Source: Eledone cirrhosa
Taxonomy: Eukaryota
Length of the DNA: 64,000 nt
Assembly: GCA_964016885.1 (NCBI GenBank)
Contig: OZ024743.1
Span: 314,402,001 to 314,466,000 of the forward strand
Direction of reading: 5' to 3'
Shown here: piece by piece, positions 37,440 to 50,050 of the stretch
How positions within the stretch are numbered: the stretch's first letter is position 1
Layout of the letters: the number at the start of each line of letters is the position of its first letter
Position numbers and translations under genes: made by a program
Notes under the pieces: generated by a model
What the model was told of the DNA's origin: nothing
Databases searched by the model: none
The model's input: the letters and a program-made list of their open reading frames with translations, nothing else

Positions 37440-38310
37440 AACTCTTTCCAATATATCAAGAGTGAAACTAATATATTTCTTCATTGTACTGTGATGTCTG
37501 TTGTGTTTTTTCCATTTACTTTTCACACACATATATATCTACATATGCATATATATTTATATATATAAATATATACGTATGTGTATGCGTGTGTATATGT
37601 ACGTGTATACGGTGGGGTATATATATTTTTTGTTAATTTTCACTTTCACACAATTATTCATTCATTAAAGCCTCGTTCTTGATTCCTTCAAGAATTACAA
37701 GTTCTGACACTTCTTTAATATCCACCACGATCCAGCCAACTGTAAAGAGCAGAAAATTGATATTTCATCAATATATTCTGATGATATTGAATATCCCATC
37801 TGTTTTTCTTTTCTATTTTGATTATACGTCATTATTTCCTAAGTATCGGTAGAGGGTTGGACACCATGCTTTCTAGCATAGTTACGTCCCTTTACAATCT
37901 GAGTTCAAATCCTGCCGAGGTTAACTTTGCCTTTCATCCTTACGGGGTCGATAAAATAAAGTACCAGTAATGTACTGGTATTTGCTGGCCTTGTGCCTAA
38001 AGTAGAAACAATTATTTCCTAGGCGGGATGTAGAATCTTGGGACACAACCACATTTTGTTCACATGAACCAATTTATTTTTTTCTTGAGTGTGGGGAAAC
38101 TCTATATTTTAAAATTAAAGAAAGAAGGTAAAAAATGTAGAACGTATTTAATCAACCCTTTATTCACGTTCATATTTTTAACATTATTTCCTTTCTAATG
38201 GGCTTTTCATGATATCTTCTTATATCATCAGAACAGAATGTAGAACACGAAAATATAGATTAAATCTACAAAAGGATTACGGATATGACTATATATATAT
38301 ATATATATAT

Positions 38311-38333
38311 ATTTGTCTTGGAAAGCCACTATG

Positions 38334-38387
<54 letters not shown>

Positions 38388-38408
38388 AATAAATAAATAA
38401 ATAAATAA

Positions 38409-38480
<72 letters not shown>

Positions 38481-38539
38481 TTATTTATTTATTTATTTAT
38501 TTATTTATATACAATTCATAGTGGCTTTCCAAGACAAAT
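38311..38539. repeat. Fold-back palindrome centred on a (TA)n/(TAAA)n tract
   Basis: atttgtcttggaaagccactatgaatt (38311-38337) is the exact reverse complement of 38513-38539. The inner (TAAA)n is mirrored by (TTTA)n. Confidence 0.85.
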
Positions 38540-38859
38540 GTGTACTGTTGGCATTTATCGTAATTATCATTTCATCCTGTCTTTCATATATGAAACATTA
38601 TTCTATTTGCTAATAATAGTAATAGTTACATTCTTCTTTGAGTTGGAAAATACGATAGAACGCGAGTTAATAAAAGTGACATGGTTTTCAATTACATTGA
38701 TTTACGATGTACGTTCGAATCTTGCCAGGTTGTACTTTGTAATTTGTAATTCATGTGATCGGTATTCCGCTACGTTTGTCGATGAATATTAAGTTGTTTG
38801 AAAAACCGGACATTATACCTGTTGAATTTACATGTAAATAACTAAGTCTTCTACCGACA

Positions 38860-39370
38860 TACGAGGAGGGTTCAAAATGTTCGTTGGAAAAAAAGTATAT
38901 AGCTAAAATTTATATGCAGGGATTTTGATCTCAATGCACCTGTACGATCTCGTACTAACGTGTCATAACATGTTCTAACATGAACCCTTAAATGTATGTT
39001 GCAATGCGGCGCTGCCAGTCGGTAATCAGTACGTATTCAAGGAACATGACCTCCATCAAAACAAAGAATTCATTGTGAAGTTGTGGTGGTCGAGCATCCA
39101 AATCATTGACTCTCTGGAGCAAGTTTAGGGGAACAATTCCCCAAAGAGTTCAACAGCCTACAAATGTACCAGTGGAAGAGATGGGGTTAAATATGATCCC
39201 TAATTGAAGATGTAAAAGAAATCTACTTTGACAGAGTTTAAAGGCTGGTATCAACGCTTGCAGAAGTGCATTGACCTAGATGGAGTATATGTTGAAAAAT
39301 AAACATCATAACTTAAATCGTTTATTCCAACTGTCTTTTTCCCACGAAATTTCTGAAGCCCCCACTTATA
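38860..39370 (+). mobile_element. Internally deleted mariner (Hsmar2/irritans-like) DNA transposon
   Basis: TA-flanked imperfect TIRs (cgaggagggttcaaaatgttcgttggaaaaa / ctttttcccacgaaatttctgaagcccccactta). N-terminal remnant FIVKLWW..IQIIDSLEQV*GNNSPKSSTAYK and C-terminal remnant GWYQRLQKCIDLDGVYVEK*. Confidence 0.85.
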
Positions 39371-41859
39371 TACACTGTTTCTAATTCTCAATAGGCACTA
39401 ACGTGACACAATCTGCACCGCAGTCATAAATTCAGATAAAGCAGGTTATTTGTGATTTATTGAACGACGTAGGCAAAACATTGTCAATTGATTGACATTG
39501 AAATGAAATTTACAGCCTGACACCTAGATAACAATAGTTGGTGTAATAAAGGTTATATCTCAATTGAGGATTTCTGGATATTGTTATGATATATATCCAC
39601 ATCCTATGAAATTAACATGAATTACAGCGCTATGTTGAAGAACACGACACGCCGTCCTGCCCAGCAATGAAAGCAACACCTTTATGATTGCAATTTCAAC
39701 AACCTAATCAATAGACCAAGTGGGATTCTCTAATTGAGAATGATTCGCGATAATCTCACAGAAACGATCAGGTTATTTCATAAAATTACGTATTTACATT
39801 ATGAAATAAATTCATATGCTTTGGGGGAAATGTTCGCAAAAATGATTGGAATTTACCTTATGCGTGTCTAATATTTAAAGTAACTATGCACGTTATCTCA
39901 GATTTTATAACATGCGATATTTATTTACGATTCTTAAGAACTGAGTTCAAAAACACCTGACTCCCCTTTGCGTTTATTTCCACCAGGTGTTGATAAAATA
40001 ATCTACCAGTCAGATACTTGGGTCGATTTCATCAATTAAACGCTTCTCTCTAAATTAGAAACAATTTCATTTAATATACTATTACAGCGTTAGGCTGTTA
40101 GGGACTATCACCTATGTTTTTACAATATAAATATACATCACTGTTTTCGTAACTATAGCAAATAGAACGGTAAGCGGAGTTATCTTGTAATTGGAAAATT
40201 TATCTTAGGATGCAGTAAACAAAAACGGATTGAATGAACTAATTCTATCGACAAAAATTCTATCAATACTGAAATTAGTTTTGCACTTGGAAAGATACTC
40301 TCAATGATATGAGTTTGGGTAGGGTGTTTTGCGGAAGAATGCCAGTCTCTCATACATTCGTGTTTCCACCGTCCACGCCACCAGACTTGTCCAAGGCAAA
40401 GGCAAATACCAATACTGCATAGTACCAGTTTTGATGCAGTCAAAGTTATACCCTGTATACGACAGCAGAAAGCACACTATGGCTACATAATACATCATTT
40501 TGGTTGATGCTCAAATGCAGATCATTGTGTAAATGCCATCAGCCAAACAGCTATAAACAACAAACAGACGAAACCTAGCAACGCCGCCGATAGTCATCAA
40601 ACACAACTACTAAGAGATATGTGTCCTTCACAAGATCAAGTGATCAGTATGAAGAGGTTTGGAGGTGCACATGCATCATGACTCCAGGTTAACATAATAA
40701 CGAGGGCCATGATCAGTGATTAAGAAAATCTAAGAAGAAGTGTATATATGTATGCCTGTGTGTATGCTTCAGACTAATATACATAGATTATATCAATAAT
40801 GTCAAAAGTTCGATAAGCCATCTAATGTGGAGTATATATTTGATGTGTTTGCTTGCAGCTTCAAAGTAACCATTTTTATTAAATTATCATCAATGGCTGG
40901 CTTCTAACTGTAAATGTCTGTCTGTTGACATCACTTTTCGATACCACATATTTCAGCCCTTTACATAGTAACTGTTTTAACTATAATATTGGTGAATACA
41001 CGATGCCTCTCTTTGATCTGGCCAGAAAACTACATTAAGTACGTGTTGATCATTCGCCTCAAAAGAGTCATTGTTGTCGTATAATATTTACACATGATTT
41101 AAATCTAATGCGTTTCTGCTTGATATGACGAATAAACAAAACGCATCTACCTTCGATCAGTTCATCAACAAATAACTGCCTGAAGCTTAATCAATTTGTT
41201 GGGTGAAGTGGGCTAATTTCTGGTGATACATTTGCGTTATGTGAAAACGGGTTGAATGGAATTGAGTGCTAGTCAATTCTGAAGATTGTTTTCGTTTTAA
41301 TATATAGATTAAACCATATTACGGTCCCTAATGATACTGTGATTACACACATGAAACCCCAAAGGAAGAACACTCATTACAGAACAAATAATATTAAACT
41401 CTACTTCAACATTGAGTGCCCATTCTCGCGCTCATCTGTATAACAGGTATATATATATATGTATATATATATAGGTCTTGTGTGTGTATGGGTGTGTGTG
41501 TGTGTGTTTGTGTGTGTGTGTATATATACATATATATATATGAATCACTAAAACCTATGTTAAGCATAGTAAGATATGTTGGTATGGTTGGTTGAAGAAA
41601 GCTGGTTCAATGCAAATTAGTCATAAAAGAGTGAAAACAAAAGTTTATATGTTATCTCATATTTCATGAAACCTCAACGTTAGGATCGCTTTTTCCAATA
41701 CGTATTTGTTAATATGCGAAGCAGTAATTAAATCTATGTTAATCACAATACAGACTAATGTGATAGATGATAATATACATATTTTGATAAGTAGAATAAT
41801 GTACTTCTGTATTCCAAGGGCTAATATATGTTCAATAAATATTTTCTATCATGATGGGG

Positions 41860-42135
41860 CCTGATGTTTGATGAAAAACATCAAATCTCTTAACCGTGTT
41901 AAAGACAAGATTCTCTAAGGCAACCCCCAGCCGATTAGCCACACCATCTATGTCAGACGTCTTCAACTTGCTCGTAATGTCATGAGAGGTATGGAACCTG
42001 CTACACATTTTTTTATATGGGACTCTACTAGTGTAATACCTCTCAAAATATAAAGGAGAGTCATTGAAGAAGATGAATAACTATCTGAGAAAGAAATGAG
42101 GTAGTTCATGTTTGATCGTGTGAGTTGGAAAACAT
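41860..42135 (+). mobile_element. Old RTE-like LINE C-terminal remnant
   Basis: I..TIYVRRLQLARNVMR..EPA..FL.W-like translation near 41935-42020. Confidence 0.4.
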
Positions 42136-42696
42136 TTATCGTGTCACAACAAAGAAGTGGATGAATTTAGTAGTTAGTTGTAGATGGGCTTTAACACCAG
42201 GAATAATATATGTCATTCAGCTGTTCGATCAAGAAAAATACACATTGAAATGTCGTATAATGTGGCCGAGTACAACACAGCCAAATGTAACTCCATAATA
42301 ATCTTCACCAGAGACATGTTACATCTATTCGACACGTTTTCATACAGTTTACATCTTCCAATATGATGCTATGTTAAAAACAAACTTTCCTTAGATAGAA
42401 ATAAGCAGCACCAAATACGCGAACGAAATGAATGCGATAGAAAATATTAATACATGTGTGTTTGTGCGTGTGTAATTTATATTGCTTCGTAAATTTTATC
42501 TGTAAACATTTCAATAAGAACATTCTAACTAATCTTTTCAACATCTAAAAATTCTCTATGGATATAAAGGATTTCATAGTTGTTTAATAGAGAAAGATAT
42601 TACCTTAATGTGTTATTAATTGTTTTGTAAATGTCAATTAATATCCCATAAAGTGATTATTTAAACTTTGCATTATTAAAGACATTCTAACTTAAT

Positions 42697-42892
42697 TTAA
42701 TATAGAAATGGCTTTTACATGATTAGAACTGTTTCATTCTAAGGAAATCTTCAGGAAATGTCCTTTACCTGATGATTTCTAAACTGTTCTAGTCCCGTAG
42801 AAATGATTTCTATATTAAAGTTTGTTGTATCCACTCTACTAATGTATTGAGTACCCTAGTTACTGTGGTTACTCTTGATTGTATCCGGAACT
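42697..42892. repeat. Fold-back pair of decayed hammerheads (family of 2148-2198)
   Basis: Minus: tttc-CTGAAGA-tttccttagaat-GAAACAGTTCTAATCATGTA. Plus: tttac-CTGATGA-tttct-AAACTGTTCTAGTCCCGTA-gaaa. Confidence 0.7.
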
Positions 42893-42907
42893 CTCTCTTA
42901 CACACAC

Positions 42908-42958
<51 letters not shown>

Positions 42959-43181
42959 CATATATATATACATACATACATATATATTTATATATATATA
43001 TCAATGCCAGCACCGGTTGTATCTCAGCGCACTCAATAGGCAATATAAGATACATTACCAGAGTATACACAAAGTTATTCGCTTCAATACAACACAGATG
43101 AAACGGGTGCCTATAATAGTTCCCGGACTCGACTTTGAATCCAAACCCCAGTTCATGCCGGCTATATTTACACACACACAC

Positions 43182-43225
<44 letters not shown>

Positions 43226-43254
43226 ATGTGTCTGTGTATATATATATATATTTG

Positions 43255-43428
43255 TAACAAAGGAACCAGATGGACCATAACGTACCAGAGTACTCGATAC
43301 TTAGGGTAGTAGAGTGGGAAATAGGAAAAAGTATGACACCGACGGCAGAGCTCAAGCCGTTTCGACGGCAATATCTGGAACGTCGAAACGGCTTGAGCTC
43401 TGCCGTCAGGGTCATACCTTTTCCTATA
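43255..43428. repeat. Second fold-back pseudo-LTR fragment of the 4672-4872 family
   Basis: Hairpin at 43321-43427. Both arms read cgtc-GAAA-cggc-ttgagctct-gccg-TC outward. Confidence 0.85.
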
Positions 43429-44427
43429 TATATATGTATATATATATATATATATATATAAATATATACTTGATGATAGATTTTGGCTACGCAACTGACA
43501 AAACACGTTTGTCACTCATCTTCTCTACTAACTTAACAGACACGCTATTGAATTATCGCGTGATCTGGCTGAGTATACCACGATCACATATATACTTAAC
43601 GAAAATTTAAAGTGGAAACATTAACAATTTACAAGTTACGTCCATTCACCATTTTCATATGTTTGTGAGCCCCACGGAACTCATACGTGTGTATGTATGT
43701 GTAATGTATATTGCTTAGTAAACATTATGTGTAAACATTTCAATAAGAACAATATAACAAAATATCTAGCTACTCCTTTCATATTCAAATATCTCGAAAT
43801 TACTATGAATAAAGAGCATTTAATAGTTGCTTAATATAGAAAAATATTATCTTAATATGCTATTAAATATTTCTTAAATGTCAATTAATATCCCATAATG
43901 TGGTTATTTATAATGTCCATTATTGAGACATTCTAATCTTATTTTTATGTCATTCATATTACGTCTTTTTATAAATGTACGTGTGTGTGTTAATCATATT
44001 ATTGTCGGTTTTATCTTAAGCTAATTTAGTTATCTCATCAATGTCATAAATATCTCATTCATTTATATTTTTCGGAACTTATAATGCAGAATAATTTTGT
44101 CTCAAAGATATTTTTGTCAAAAGAGCAAAAGTTCACCGGAACAATACCTCGTGTGAATGAAACATCGAATATATAACCGCCATTCTTTAATATAATTTCC
44201 ACTTTATTTGGATATATTTTATATTCCAACTAGTCTATCATTAGTACAAAACGAATGACAGCTGAACTATAACCACCAACCACAACTGAAAGACACTAGT
44301 TTGGCGAATACACAAGAACATTGATACGGCATTTCACAGCAATACAGAATTATAAAATAAATACCTAGCCGATTTCTCCGACGTTTCGAAATGCTGAGGA
44401 CTAAATTCATTATATGTGGTGTACTAA

Positions 44428-44835
44428 AGCGTGGAGATGTTATAAACTAGGTTATAAAAGAGGCTGAAGACTCCTAAAAGAAGGAGAAAGTAGTTGCCAT
44501 CAGGCGCTACAAAGAATCGAACCTAGTATCTCACAGATACCATCTAGGCGCTTTGTATCATTAAGACAAGAGACTGTGGCATCATTTACCGTCTTAAAAT
44601 AGGTAGCTGAATCATAGCTTTTAAATAGCAACAACAATTCTGTAGCTGAACTATCGGTCTTTTACAAAACGCTGAAGGGATAAATATACTATACAGTTTC
44701 ATGTGCACATGCGCGGAGATGCTATAAAATAGCCTATAAGATAGGGTGAAGACCCTTAAAAACGGAAAATGAAATTATCGGCCACTACAAGGAATCGAAC
44801 CTTGTATCTCCCTGATACAGCCTAGCCACTTTGAA
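44428..44835 (-). repeat. Diverged ~281-bp tandem repeat with tRNA-like B-box heads
   Basis: gcg(t/c)ggagatg(t/c)tataaa at 44429 and 44711, each followed by a(a/g)gaatcgaacct (reverse-complement B-box). Confidence 0.55.
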
Positions 44836-45896
44836 TACAATTCAAAACAAAACATTTGTTCTCAAGGTTAAAGCTAGAATGTTTTAACTTGTAAGTTAAC
44901 GTTGTGTGGTGATTGTTAAACCTAGCGCTCTAAAAAATCTTATGAGTTCCTACCGAGGCTGGAGAATCGTTCCATCCTTTCCTAGAGGATGTAGAAACTA
45001 AAAAGTCTGGAGACACATTACAAAATCTACACTCAACAACACCTACAAAAAAATATAAACAGACAATTTTTTTCCGCAACATTAAACAAAAGACAATGAC
45101 AGCTGAACTAAAGCCAAGAAATAAAGACGACACATAACAACTGGTTGATACAAATAATTTAACACACTATCTTCTCTTCGCACAAGACATACCATTTTCA
45201 TTAATGCCAATCCCGCATTATAAAATATATCTATTAACTACACCAAATATATCTTATCATACGATTTATTCATAATTCTAATGTTACAATTCTATTTTAC
45301 TCTTGCTTTGAATGTTGTATGGTTACATTGGTCTCATTGTCATTTTCCATTTCAGATGTGTAATGTAATGCGAACTAGTTCCCATCCCGAAGTGTTCAAT
45401 TGGACTGTAGATAACAGTCAGACTGATTTCTCATTATACCATCAAATTTTCTCCGCCAGGCATCTCTATCTCTCTATATATATATGGAAAAGTATGAAAC
45501 ACAATTTCATTTCTCACTCTTAGTACGGCTGATACTTAAATGTCTGTATACATACATATATGTATACAGACGTACAGTAGTATGTATATACATACATGTA
45601 CACACATATATATACGCACGTATGGGTTTACCGAACATTTATCATAATGTTCGGTTTGTTTGTGAACAAACAGCCCGAATTACGCCGTACAGTGTTTGGC
45701 AACCATCGTCGCCTTTTTGTTCAACACTGACACAGGAACGATTTACTAGTTTCAAGCTTCTTAGCTATCGTCAGCATCGTATACCTTTCTGTCAGATGAT
45801 TGAACGTTTGAAAGTATATACTTTCCTTATGCATATTAACGGATGAGCAGCCTAATTTGCATATCGAGTGAATTAGTCGGACGGGCGAACCGAAAA

Positions 45897-45969
<73 letters not shown>

Positions 45970-47503
45970 GAAGTTATATTTAATTTGTTGGGATTCCAAC
46001 AAACTCTAAAGTTTATAACTGATATAGAGCACTCAACAGTTACTGGAGTAAATATTCAATATATTAATAAATGGAAACTATATTTATAAAACCATAATTA
46101 TTTTATTATATATATTTCAAGGGAAACCAATGCCTTCTTGGTGCGCTTTCATTAGATAAAATACAAAATTTGTTTTATAAACAGTGACATAGCCGTGGAA
46201 AACAACCTTGACGGTTGAAACTTCGCTGGATAGTGAAACATTTTATTGAGGGTAACTCAAAGTTCTATGTGAATATGCAAATGAACGTCCGAAAAATTGA
46301 ATGAAAAACAACCCTTTATTTAAATTACGCTTTGGGAAGAAGAGAGAGAAAAAAAAGAAGAGAGCGAAAAGAAAAGAAAAGAAAATATTAGTATATGTAG
46401 AAGTAGAGTGAAGAAATAAAGTGAAGAAAGAGCGAAGAAAGAAGCTTATCCGAGGATGAGTTCATATAACGTAAATACGTCTTATGTTTATGTTACATAT
46501 TTATGTTACGCATATTTACTAATAATTGTTAGAATTCTATTATAAGTATATAGAAAATTAGATATATAGAAAAAATAATAAAGATGTATTAAAAATAAAG
46601 ATATATTAAAATATATTAAGATATATTAAAATATATCGAAATATATTAAAATATATTAAAAATATGAAGTAGAAGCATAGGATAAAATGTAGATATAAGG
46701 ATAGATGTAAGGATAGATATATGAGTGGATAGATGGGTACATCATGTTAAAGGTGATAAATTATGAGAGATACTAGTTTATATTTAGTGTAAGTATTTAA
46801 ATTAAATTAAATTAAATAAAACTAACTGAGTCAATAAGATTACTTATATGTTTCAATGTTTTACATTGGAAAAATATTCAAAATCCCAGTTTCGTTTATT
46901 TATTAGTTATTATGGGATAATTTTGACAAAGATATGTTTAAAGTTATATTTAGCCAGATTTAGTTATTAAATAATTACAAAAAATAAAAAATAAATTAAA
47001 AATTAATTAAAAGGATAAGAAAATACTAAAACCATTTAAAATTAAGACTATAAAATATTAACAATTCTAGGCAAAATTCTTGAAAATTCCTGGAAAAACT
47101 TTCCAAGAGATTTTTAAAAAATCTCAGAAAGACTCCGAAGATACTCAAAAACCTTTTAAAAAGTGTTTAAAATTAATAAAAAACCTAAAATTATTCTGGA
47201 AATATAATTAGAAATCTAAAATTATTCAAAAATATAAAAAAATATTAAGAAATATTTAAAAATACTTAAAAATATTTAAAATATATAAAAATATTAGAAA
47301 AATACTAAAAAATATATTAAAAATATTAAGGTGACCCAAAAACTATTTTTTTGGAAATAAATAATTTTTTAAACATTTTAAGTAATTTTTCTAAAAAGAT
47401 TATAGGATATTTTGGAAGTAAGATAAAAAATAAAGATATTTAAGAAGTAAAAATATTTGAGAAGTAAAAATATTAAAAATTAAAAATTTAAGAAGCTCCA
47501 CAA

Positions 47504-48750
47504 GTGTACATGTGTGTGTGTGTGCTTTTTATTAACAATACATTACATAGAAAACTACCGGAGATGACCAGTGGTTTATATTGTGATGATATGCTGCTGT
47601 TAATTGAAAATAATAATAATTGTGAAATCAATAGAAAAAGAAAATCAATAATACAATTTTTTAATAGCTATAATCTTAAGTTAGAAATAGAGAATAATTA
47701 TAAAATTGTTAACTTTTTAGACGTAACATTAAACCTTAATACTGTGCTATACTATCCATTCTATAAAATTAATGAGAACTTCAACTACGTTAGCTTCAAC
47801 TCTAATCACCCTAGATCCGTTGAGAACACTATCGTAAATTCTGTGCAACAACGTATTCCTCGAATTTCAGCGAATAAAAATATATTTGAAGATAAGGCAC
47901 AATATTATAACGAAGCTTTAAGTAGAGCAAGCTATAATAATGAAATCAAATACATCGACAATAATGATAAGGCAATTAACTATAAATATTAACCATAATA
48001 TTAATTATAATTATAATAAGAAACCTAGCATAAACTCTAAAACTAACAGAAGAAATAGAACTAGAAACATAATCTGGTATGCTCCTCCATTTTCGCTAAG
48101 TATTAAAACACCTTTAGCTAAACTATTTTTTAAAGCTCTTGATGAATGTTTTCCCAAGGCCCATAGATATTATTCAATCTTTAACAGACATACAATTAAA
48201 CTATCCTACTCTACTACTGCGACCCTAGCACAAAATATAAATAGAATCAATAATAGAAATCTAAACCGTAACCAGAATAGCACTAATACCTCTAGTAATA
48301 TCAAATATAATAATACTGTTCCGAATAATATAAACTCTGATAAATGTAATTGTAGAATTAAATCTAACTATCCTTTAAAAAATAACTGTTTAGTTAAAAA
48401 TGTGGTCTATAATTGCAATGTCAAACCCAATGATAATACTTTTAACTATGTTGGCTCAACTTCTACAGGCTTTAAATCTCGTTTCAATAACCATAAATGC
48501 TAGTTTAATAATATTGGTAAACAATCTTCAACTTCTCTATCCAACATGATATGGAACTTAAAATACAAAAATAGAGACTATTTTTTATCTTGGAATATAA
48601 TGTCGAATCACCTGCTTACGGTAACGCAACTGTATCCAAATTTTGCAATTTGTGTGTTGAAGAAGTTTTCTTCATACTTAAATGTAAGAACTCCATTAAT
48701 TTACGTAACAATTTATTTAGTTCTTGTAAACATTGCCAAAACTGAACTTT
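47504..48750 (+). mobile_element. 5'-truncated Naiad-type PLE (RT C-half + GIY-YIG), frameshifted
   Basis: GLYCDD, VNFLDVTLNL, SNHP, RNIIWYAPPFS, KLSYST, CNCR..PL..CLVKNVVY.C, YVGST..FKSRFNNH, FCNLCVEE. The upstream AT-rich tract (~47400-47495) mirrors 48900-48975. Confidence 0.9.
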
Positions 48751-48977
48751 TAGATATATATATAAAATATAATTACACGTTAAATCTTCTCTACATAATG
48801 TTTACTTTATGCAAACAGTTATAATCTCATTTTTTAAATTATATGCATATGTTCATAAATTCTAAATCTTTAAATTTAAATTTAATGTAATTCTAATTTT
48901 AATATCTTTTACTTCTTAAAAATATATATATTTTACTTCTTAAATTTTTACTTTTTAATATTTTTGATATTTAAATA

Positions 48978-49637
48978 GAGAGCTGCGTGGTTGCACATGG
49001 GTTACATATGTATAAAATTAGTCCTTCATCAGTGATCTTCCAAATTTCATTTGTATTTCATTGGTATTTCATTGATATTTAATCGCTTTAAAAATCATAT
49101 ACCTCTAGTTGGTGCGATCAATAAGTAAATAAAGTTATTGGGATAAGTAAAATAGGGTGAAACGAGCGAGACATGTAAACAAACAACGATGGTATTGCAA
49201 CGGAAAGATAGGGAGAGACAAGTACATGATATCTGTAAGCTTAAGCTTGGTGAATTCATGGACAAGAGATACAGACCACCATCCGACTTGGGTGAGATGT
49301 GAGCGAGAAAATGGTTTCACACAGGTCAAGCGGGAGGAAGTGAGAGAGGGTGAGAAGCAGAGAGTGAGTGAGTGGAAGTATGAGGAAGAGACCAGCCGAG
49401 AGAGAGTGTGACTGGCAGAGGGGATACATAGAAGGTGAGAGATACAGAGAGAGGGGAAGCAGTAAGAAATAAACAAACAATCACAGCTGAGGAAAAAATA
49501 TAAATATGAGAAAAATGGAGAGTTACGTGGTTGCACATGGGTTACACATGAATAAAATTAGTCCTTCATCAGAGATCTTCTAACTTTCATTGGTATTTCA
49601 TCGCTTTAAAAATCATATACCTCTGGTTGGTGCGAGT
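48978..49637 (-). repeat. Pseudo-LTR-like partial tandem (period 540 bp)
   Basis: gtggttgcacatgggttaca..taaaattagtccttcatcag at 48987 and 49527, with a third family member at ~6481-6565. CTGATGA is on the minus strand but no downstream GAAA was found. Confidence 0.75.
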
Positions 49638-49659
49638 AATTTAAACCATAGGTAAATGA

Positions 49660-50050
49660 CAAAATATGATGCCTGTTCACAAAATTGTAGCAAATTTCAA
49701 TAATATTAAGACACCCTAATGGGGGGTTAAACACCCTTATAGTGAACATTTTGGAAGCCCATAACCTGAGTATTGGAACCTCTATTATCACGGGGTTTTT
49801 CTATTAATTAAACGTAAATCAACAAAAAAGCACTTCTCTTGTATAGTAAAATTTGGCTAATTTAGACATTTTATCTATGGCAAAACATCACTAGAATTAT
49901 AACAACAAAACTTATTAGTCGATGCCTCTACTTTTTTAACATTTTCCCTTTATTTTTTCTCCATAAATTATATCACTGATTTAAAATCAATCATCATTTT
50001 CTTACAAAAAAAATGTGTAAAACGCAGCAAGGCGCGGGTAATTCGGTTAG
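49660..50050 (+). mobile_element. Non-autonomous Helitron-like element (5' boundary uncertain)
   Basis: 3' end cgcagcaaggcgcgggtaattcggTTAG|t matches the ccgcagcaacgcgcggg...CTAG Helitron terminus pattern. Confidence 0.55.

Noticed and set aside
40301-40620. GC-richer segment with a possible minus-strand acceptor (ctgtcgtatacag)
   Set aside because: No recognisable protein motif in any frame, so an exon cannot be supported.
44370-44415. Minus-strand GAAACGTC-ggag; similar half motifs at ~5934 and ~46140
   Set aside because: No CUGANGA or pairing partner could be identified.
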